Source of the DNA: Anaeroplasma bactoclasticum
GTDB taxonomy: Bacteria > Bacillota_I > Bacilli_A > ML615J-28 > CAG-313
Assembly: GCA_023667245.1 (NCBI GenBank)
Contig: JAMPAL010000001.1
Location: forward strand, 1,317-65,316
Direction of reading: 5' to 3'
DNA length: 64,000 nt
A program made the position numbers and the translations under genes. Positions 58,260 through 64,000 of this stretch are shown here, piece after piece. Position 1 is the first letter of the stretch, and each line of letters starts with the position of its first letter. The notes below the pieces were generated by a model. It was not told the DNA's origin. It ran no database searches and worked only from the letters and a program-made list of their open reading frames with translations.

Positions 58260-59300
58260 TTATTTTCCTCGACTTTCTTTTAAAAATTCTTCTATTTCTG
58301 CTAACTTTGCAAAAAAGCGTTGTTCATCCTTAATTTCTGGCAACATAAAAATATGCATTTCCGATACGCTAGACATCTCATTTGATACGATTAAAATGGA
58401 TTTTGCTTCTTCTGGTGTGACAAACATTTGTATAGGAAGTGTGATTAAAGCCAAAATCTTGCCATGCTGTTTTACATATTGATGAAATACATCACTTTTT
58501 TCTTGTGAAAAAAATGAATTATTGATAAGATAAAAACCAATTCGTGAAGAAGTGGTGAGAAAAAAGTGCTCAATTAACAAATATGGAAAATACCGAATAC
58601 CTTGATTATATAGCTCAGAATGATAATTTTGATTCTCATAGGTATAATTGGCAATATCTGATACGATAGCATCTACCCCATCAACAGGAAACTCAAGTGC
58701 ATCTTGATAATACATATCCAGTTCTTCCATCATCATATTTGCTTTATGCGCTGCCACTTGTGCCAGTAAAGAATGATTATCCATCCCAATCATTTGAATA
58801 TCCACTTGTGTATGATTTTGAATAGAAAACATCAAATTTCCTGTACCAAAATTATTGTCTAATACAACAATATGCTTTTGTTCTCTAAAATAAGCATCGA
58901 TACACTTTGCAAAAATTATACCAATAGCATCTGGTGTAATCAAATCAAGGGGAAAATTAATATTTTTAAATGCCTTGATATCTAATAAAAGTAGCGCTCT
59001 ACGCATTTCTTCACTATTGACAGAATGCACTTCTATCATTTGTTGGAATATATTGAGCTTTTCATCAATTTGCTTTTTGACCTCTTCTGATACATATAAT
59101 GCTTTATTTTCTAAAAAATAATCAATTATCGCAAATAGACTTTCATAAAAATGAGTGGTTGGACGTTCTTTGTTATAATTGGTTACATCGGTATTTTCGG
59201 TTTCTTCATCTATGCTACCATAATAATGAAGCATAGTAGCCTCATCTAAGATATCTACAATTTGATTGATGATATGTTCATTTTCTCTTTTATTTTCCAC
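58260..59300 (-). CDS. class I SAM-dependent methyltransferase (YtxK-like, N6-adenine MTase fold)
   Basis: Motif I-like VVLDNNFGTGNL. I chose the GTG at 59300, 9 nt after GAGGAGG. The tracked TTG start at 59318 contains that RBS. Confidence 0.65.
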   Translation of the reverse strand: MENKRENEHIINQIVDILDEATMLHYYGSIDEETENTDVTNYNKERPTTHFYESLFAIIDYFLENKALYVSEEVKKQIDEKLNIFQQMIEVHSVNSEEMRRALLLLDIKAFKNINFPLDLITPDAIGIIFAKCIDAYFREQKHIVVLDNNFGTGNLMFSIQNHTQVDIQMIGMDNHSLLAQVAAHKANMMMEELDMYYQDALEFPVDGVDAIVSDIANYTYENQNYHSELYNQGIRYFPYLLIEHFFLTTSSRIGFYLINNSFFSQEKSDVFHQYVKQHGKILALITLPIQMFVTPEEAKSILIVSNEMSSVSEMHIFMLPEIKDEQRFFAKLAEIEEFLKESRGK

Positions 59301-60870
59301 TATGTTTTTCCTCCTCAATCATTTTGAGTGCGCATTTGATACCATCAATAGCGCTTGTCATAATTCCACCTGCGTAACCTGCCCCCTCACCAATAGGATA
59401 TACGCCTTCCATACTAGATACAAAACATTCATTTCTCGTCACTTGAATGGGACTAGAAGAGCGTGTTTCAACACCAGTCAATATCGCATCATGATCATCA
59501 AATCCTACAATCTTTTTGCCAAAATCTTCCATAGCCTCTATCAACGCATCGTTTAACCACTTGGGAAAAATCGTTCGCAAATTGGCAAAATAATATCCTG
59601 GTAAAATAGAAGGTGAGACTAATCCTAGTGCTTTGGTTTGTCGGTTCAATTTAAAATCTTCCCACCTCTGAACTGGAGCCAAATATCCTTTTTGATATGC
59701 CAATTGCTCAAAATGACGTTGATAATTTAGTCCATCTAAAGCAGAGGAGCAGTAATAGTCTTCTGGTTTTACTTCCACCAAGATAGCTGCGTTTGCATTG
59801 GTTGCATCTCGTAAACGGTTGCTCATACCATTAACAACCAAATGCCCTTCTTCACTACTAGCATTGACCACATGACCGCCTGGACACATACAAAAGCTAT
59901 AAACTGCTCTTTGACAAGAAGGATGCGCAACGAGTTTATATGTCGCTGGGGGAAGATATCTTTTGGCTTGATGATACAAAGCATCATTGATATTTTCTTG
60001 TAAATGTTCTATCCGTACTCCTATTGCAAATGATTTAGGTTTTAAAGTAATCCCTATTGTTTCTAACATTTGATAAGTATCCTGTGCACTATGACCAATA
60101 GCTAAAATGACACCATCATATATGCCTGATTCTATTTTTCCCTCAAAGGTTGCTTTTACACCTTGTGAGTGGGTTTGAAGCATTGTTAATTTTGTTTCAA
60201 AATAAATGTTTACACCTAACTCTATCAAATAGTACCTGATATTGATCAATACTTTTCTCAAAATATCTGTTCCAATATGGGGTTTGGCTTCATATAAAAT
60301 ATCTTTTGGAGCGCCAAACCGAACAAAGGTCTCTAATACATATCTAGAAAGAGGTACAGTATTTCCTGTATTGAGTTTTCCATCAGAAAAAGTGCCTGCT
60401 CCACCTTCTCCAAACTGAATATTAGAAGTAGGATTCAATTTTCCTGTGTGAAAAAAAGTGTTAACATCGTTCACTCTTTCTTCTACCGTTTTTCCTCTTT
60501 CAATCAGCGTTACTTTCGCACCAGCCTGCGCCAAAATCAGTGTATGAAATAAACCAGCTGGCCCCATTCCGACGACTAGATAGTGTTTGTCAGAATTAAA
60601 TTGAGGTATTTCTAATTGAAAAGGTTGATACAATTCCACTTTTGAGTATCGTTTAATTAATAATTGTTCATACCTAGATTGTTTTAGAGTAAAGGCAACT
60701 TGTAAAACATATTGGGGAATATCTCTTGCGTCTATGCTTTTTTTAAGTAATATACAAGACTGAATAGGCATTTTAAACTTCTTCTCTAATGAGTGCCAAC
60801 AAAATTGAATCAACTCATCATCGGTAACATTTGAAGTAATGGGGTAATATAAAGGATTATATTTTAGCAT
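59290..60870 (-). CDS. FAD-dependent oxidoreductase (COG2509-like)
   Basis: Dinucleotide-binding VVGMGPAGLF...LIERG. I chose the ATG at 60870, 6 nt after AGAGGA. The tracked TTG is at 60894. Confidence 0.8.
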   Translation of the reverse strand: MLKYNPLYYPITSNVTDDELIQFCWHSLEKKFKMPIQSCILLKKSIDARDIPQYVLQVAFTLKQSRYEQLLIKRYSKVELYQPFQLEIPQFNSDKHYLVVGMGPAGLFHTLILAQAGAKVTLIERGKTVEERVNDVNTFFHTGKLNPTSNIQFGEGGAGTFSDGKLNTGNTVPLSRYVLETFVRFGAPKDILYEAKPHIGTDILRKVLINIRYYLIELGVNIYFETKLTMLQTHSQGVKATFEGKIESGIYDGVILAIGHSAQDTYQMLETIGITLKPKSFAIGVRIEHLQENINDALYHQAKRYLPPATYKLVAHPSCQRAVYSFCMCPGGHVVNASSEEGHLVVNGMSNRLRDATNANAAILVEVKPEDYYCSSALDGLNYQRHFEQLAYQKGYLAPVQRWEDFKLNRQTKALGLVSPSILPGYYFANLRTIFPKWLNDALIEAMEDFGKKIVGFDDHDAILTGVETRSSSPIQVTRNECFVSSMEGVYPIGEGAGYAGGIMTSAIDGIKCALKMIEEEKHSGK

Positions 60871-62054
60871 CTTTTTTCCTCTTTCTGTTGCCAAACGATA
60901 TGTCTTGCCACTAGTTTGGCACTTGCAAATGCAAAATGAAGATTATATCCCCCACATATGCCATCAATATCTAATAATTCACCTATGACATAAGCATGAG
61001 GGTATTTGATTAATTCTAGATTCGTGTTTACTTCTCGAAGGTCTACTCCCCCTAGTGTAATCTGTGACCTTTCAAATCCATAGTCTCCAACGATATGAAG
61101 GGGATAATGCATGATACAATTTATTATCGTATCTATATCTTGTGTCATAGATATAATTTTTTGTGCTAACATTTTAGGTAAAATCCCCATTATAATTTCT
61201 AATAATGTTTTTTGTTGTTGCAATCCATTTTGAATAAATGTTTGAAGATCCATTTGACTCAAATGAGGTAAGAAACGAATATATATATCAAAAGGAGATG
61301 TCAATCTTTGAATAATGCGTGAAGCATTCATGATGACAATACCACTAACACCATCTTCTTTGAACTGAATTTCTCCTCTTTCCTGAAATATACACTGACC
61401 ATTTTTTTGGTAAATTTCTACTTCTGCTTTTTGACGAAGCCCATTTAAGCCCTTTACATCTGCATTCACTGTCTTAAGTCCTACAAGTCCAGGATATAAA
61501 GTAGTCACCTGTACGCCTAATTTTTGCATCAACGAATAACCTTCTCCCCTGGATCCAAGATATGCGGCAGATTTTCCACCTGTTGCAAAAATGACAAAAT
61601 CTACATCTATATCTTGGTTACTCGTCTTGATTTTATATCCATTTTGACTTGGCACGACTAATTGCACAAGTGTATTGGTTTGAATAACAATTTGAAGTTT
61701 TTTAAGATTTATCATCAATATATCTAACACAGTATTTGCACTCTCTGTGACTGGATATATTCGACCTGCTTGATCAGTATAGGTCAATAGTCCTAATCTC
61801 GACATGTCTTCTTGAATGTCTTCTTCTTGATAGACTGAAAGAATGGACTGAACAAAAGGGCTATTATAATACTTTACATTGATATCTCGATTCGATAAAT
61901 TACATTTTCCATTTCCGGTTGCCAGTATTTTCTTTCCTACTCGGTCCATTTTTTCAATAATGATGACTTCTATTTGATTAGAAAGCATTTGTTTAAGATA
62001 AATCGCACACATCAGTCCTGATGCACCGCCACCTATAATACCCATTTTTTTCAT
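60864..62054 (-). CDS. HI0933/YhiN-like flavoprotein (aminoacetone-oxidase family)
   Basis: IIGGGASGLM N-terminus, GGKS, and a C-terminal GGYNL motif typical of the family. Confidence 0.85.
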   Translation of the reverse strand: MKKMGIIGGGASGLMCAIYLKQMLSNQIEVIIIEKMDRVGKKILATGNGKCNLSNRDINVKYYNSPFVQSILSVYQEEDIQEDMSRLGLLTYTDQAGRIYPVTESANTVLDILMINLKKLQIVIQTNTLVQLVVPSQNGYKIKTSNQDIDVDFVIFATGGKSAAYLGSRGEGYSLMQKLGVQVTTLYPGLVGLKTVNADVKGLNGLRQKAEVEIYQKNGQCIFQERGEIQFKEDGVSGIVIMNASRIIQRLTSPFDIYIRFLPHLSQMDLQTFIQNGLQQQKTLLEIIMGILPKMLAQKIISMTQDIDTIINCIMHYPLHIVGDYGFERSQITLGGVDLREVNTNLELIKYPHAYVIGELLDIDGICGGYNLHFAFASAKLVARHIVWQQKEEKRC

Positions 62055-62119
62055 AATTTCACATATCCTTTATTAGTATTATATCAAAAAACAAAAAGAA
62101 TTGCCATATCAATAACTCT

Positions 62120-62173
62120 AAAAATGAAAAATGCTTGTCTATCCCTTTGATTTTCTCAAAGATAAACAAGCAT
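62120..62173 (-). terminator. long hairpin terminator after the ABC-2 operon
   Basis: ATGCTTGTCTATCCCTTTGA / TCAAAGATAAACAAGCAT, an imperfect stem of about 18 bp, with a T-rich tract on the minus strand. Confidence 0.65.
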
Positions 62174-62183
62174 AAATGGCAAA

Positions 62184-63389
62184 TTATTTAGAAAACATTA
62201 CTTTTTCACTATTGAACATCTTGGTTAAGAAGAAGACAAAAGCGCTTGCATACACAACATTGGATATAATAGTTATTAAAACAGGAATAACAGCCATTTG
62301 GAAACTAAATATATTGCCCATCACTTTGATACTATTATAAATTGGAATCAAATAAATCAAATAATTACTACTTACCTCTGTAGATTTAGATAACATAGCA
62401 AAAAGGCCAATAACCATCACTACAATCATCAGTGGAGTAACTAACGTAGTTGCTTCTTTTACACTCTTTGCATAGGCAGATATCACACTAATTAAACCAA
62501 TTAAAATGAGAACAGTTGAAATAATAATGAGAAGAAGCCATATATAATCTGTAAATTGATAACTTGCTGTAATCTCCAGTTCTCCCATTCCTTTCATCAT
62601 ATTTGGTAAAGATAAAATGGTTCCAATGAAACTACTGATAGCACAAAGCACCGCAATGACACTCAAACTCATCAGTTTACCCATAGCTAGTTCACTACGC
62701 TTCATTGGGGTAACCAATAGGGTTGCAATCGTTCCCCTTTCTTTTTCACCAGCAATAGATTCAGGTGCTACTGCCATACATCCACTGAATAAAAACATCA
62801 AAATCAAAAATGGCAATAACATTCCTAAAATGGTTGCAGTCAAATCTTCATTGGTTGCTAAATCAAACTGAATATCTGGTTGTATGTTAATATCAAATTT
62901 ATTGGTTAAAGTTCCTTCATAGTTGGTAAATATCGTATTCAGCAAACTATATGCTGCAAAAGATTCACTTTTTACAGAGTTATAATACATTCTAATATAA
63001 GGAGCGGGTATCCCTAAACCCACATCATATTCAGCTACCTTATCGTCAAAATCTAAACTAAATTCTATGCACAAATCAATATTTTGGTTTTGAATTTCCT
63101 TTTTTATTCCCTCTAAATCAGAAACACTTATCGCTTTGTATTCAGCTTGAAACTTACTTGCTGTAAGCAAGGGCTGAATCTTTTCTTCAAAAGAAGCTGG
63201 TGCATTGATGGTATAAATAGTAGCAACATAATCCTCATCTACTTGTGTTTCAATAAAAACAGCACTTCCCATAAAAGTATATATTGTAAATATCAATAAA
63301 CCTGGCAAAATCAAGGTTGTTAGGACAAGCCGTTTATCCCCAAAAAAACGTGCGAATTCTTTTTTAATGATGGTTAAAATATTCTTCAT
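62184..63389 (-). CDS. ABC-2 family transporter permease (NatB-like)
   Basis: 401 aa: N-terminal TM helix, a large extracytoplasmic loop, then 5 TM helices. The start overlaps the ATPase stop. Confidence 0.8.
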   Translation of the reverse strand: MKNILTIIKKEFARFFGDKRLVLTTLILPGLLIFTIYTFMGSAVFIETQVDEDYVATIYTINAPASFEEKIQPLLTASKFQAEYKAISVSDLEGIKKEIQNQNIDLCIEFSLDFDDKVAEYDVGLGIPAPYIRMYYNSVKSESFAAYSLLNTIFTNYEGTLTNKFDINIQPDIQFDLATNEDLTATILGMLLPFLILMFLFSGCMAVAPESIAGEKERGTIATLLVTPMKRSELAMGKLMSLSVIAVLCAISSFIGTILSLPNMMKGMGELEITASYQFTDYIWLLLIIISTVLILIGLISVISAYAKSVKEATTLVTPLMIVVMVIGLFAMLSKSTEVSSNYLIYLIPIYNSIKVMGNIFSFQMAVIPVLITIISNVVYASAFVFFLTKMFNSEKVMFSK

Positions 63390-64000
63390 TCTGCATCACC
63401 TACTTCATTTTGATAAATGTCAAAGAAAACATCTTCTAATGACCTTCCCTTAGTTACGTTTACAAGTTCATCACAAACAATCATTTTTCCGTTAATAATA
63501 ATTCCTACACGGTCACATATTTTTTCGACCAAACTAAAAATATGAGTAGATACCAAAATGGTTTTTCCCGCTTGTTTTAATTCTTGTAAAAAATCGGTCA
63601 CTACCTTAGCTGTTAAAACATCTAATCCATTGGTTGGTTCATCAAATACAATGATACTCGGATCATGTACAATCGAAATTACTAAAGATACTTTTTGTTT
63701 CATCCCTGTTGATAAATTAGCTACTTTGACTTCTGCAAATTGATCAATTCCGAATTTTTTAAATAAGGATTTTTTCCGACTATTTGCTGTTTCTTCATCT
63801 ACACCATGTAAACGACTAAAGAAATCAAATAGATAATTAGGCGTAAAAAAATCCTCTAATTTTAACTCGCTCGTTAAAAAGCCAATCCGATTTCTCACTT
63901 CTTCTGGATGCGCTTTGGCACTATACCCTTCTACTAACACATCTCCACTATCACTTTTAATGAGGGTTGAAATCATTCTCAAAGTTGTGGTTTTTCCTGC
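63386..64000 (-). CDS. ABC transporter ATP-binding protein (NatA-like), 5' end off-window
   Basis: The frame stays open to base 64000, where it encodes ...AGKTTTLRMISTL (the end of Walker A). Signature LSTGMKQK, Walker B IIVFDEPTNGLD. Confidence 0.9.
   Translation of the reverse strand, partial: AGKTTTLRMISTLIKSDSGDVLVEGYSAKAHPEEVRNRIGFLTSELKLEDFFTPNYLFDFFSRLHGVDEETANSRKKSLFKKFGIDQFAEVKVANLSTGMKQKVSLVISIVHDPSIIVFDEPTNGLDVLTAKVVTDFLQELKQAGKTILVSTHIFSLVEKICDRVGIIINGKMIVCDELVNVTKGRSLEDVFFDIYQNEVGDAE

Overview
This is a low-GC, gene-dense chromosomal window, and nearly all genes are on the minus strand. Read in reverse, much of it matches the classic Firmicute core clusters rsmB-rlmN-rsgA-rpe-thiN-spoVM/rpmB-yloV(fakA)-recG-plsX-rnc and tsaE-tsaB-rimI-tsaD, but with conspicuous gene losses. 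Other content:
- Stress chaperones: an N-domain-less clpB and htpG, each behind a perfect CIRCE operator.
- Transport: several ABC exporters with MarR and TetR regulators.
- Regulation: an ECF sigma/anti-sigma pair.
- Housekeeping: eno, lgt, ispDF, cdaA, hflX, dusB, dapF and an alanine symporter.
- Sporulation markers: spoVM (missed by the ORF track), yunB and a cwlD-like amidase.
- Surface: a 1097-aa repeat-rich lipoprotein.

I saw no rRNA, tRNA, CRISPR array, transposase or integrase. The organism looks like a spore-former-derived Firmicute, possibly Erysipelotrichia- or Clostridia-like. That is an inference, since no search was possible.

The most unusual locus is 34.9-45.0 kb. In Bacillus this neighbourhood reads clpC-radA-disA-yacL-ispDF. 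Here it carries a ClpC-derived protein with a dead second AAA+ module, followed by a separately promoted, translationally coupled operon. That operon encodes a 1453-aa degenerate Upf1/DUF4011-like P-loop giant, an ankyrin-repeat protein, CdaA, a tandem-PAS-like membrane protein and IspDF.

The second notable item is an orphan transcription unit at about 15034-15110 with a near-consensus promoter and an intrinsic terminator. It would give a roughly 77-nt RNA with a duplicated C-rich loop motif.
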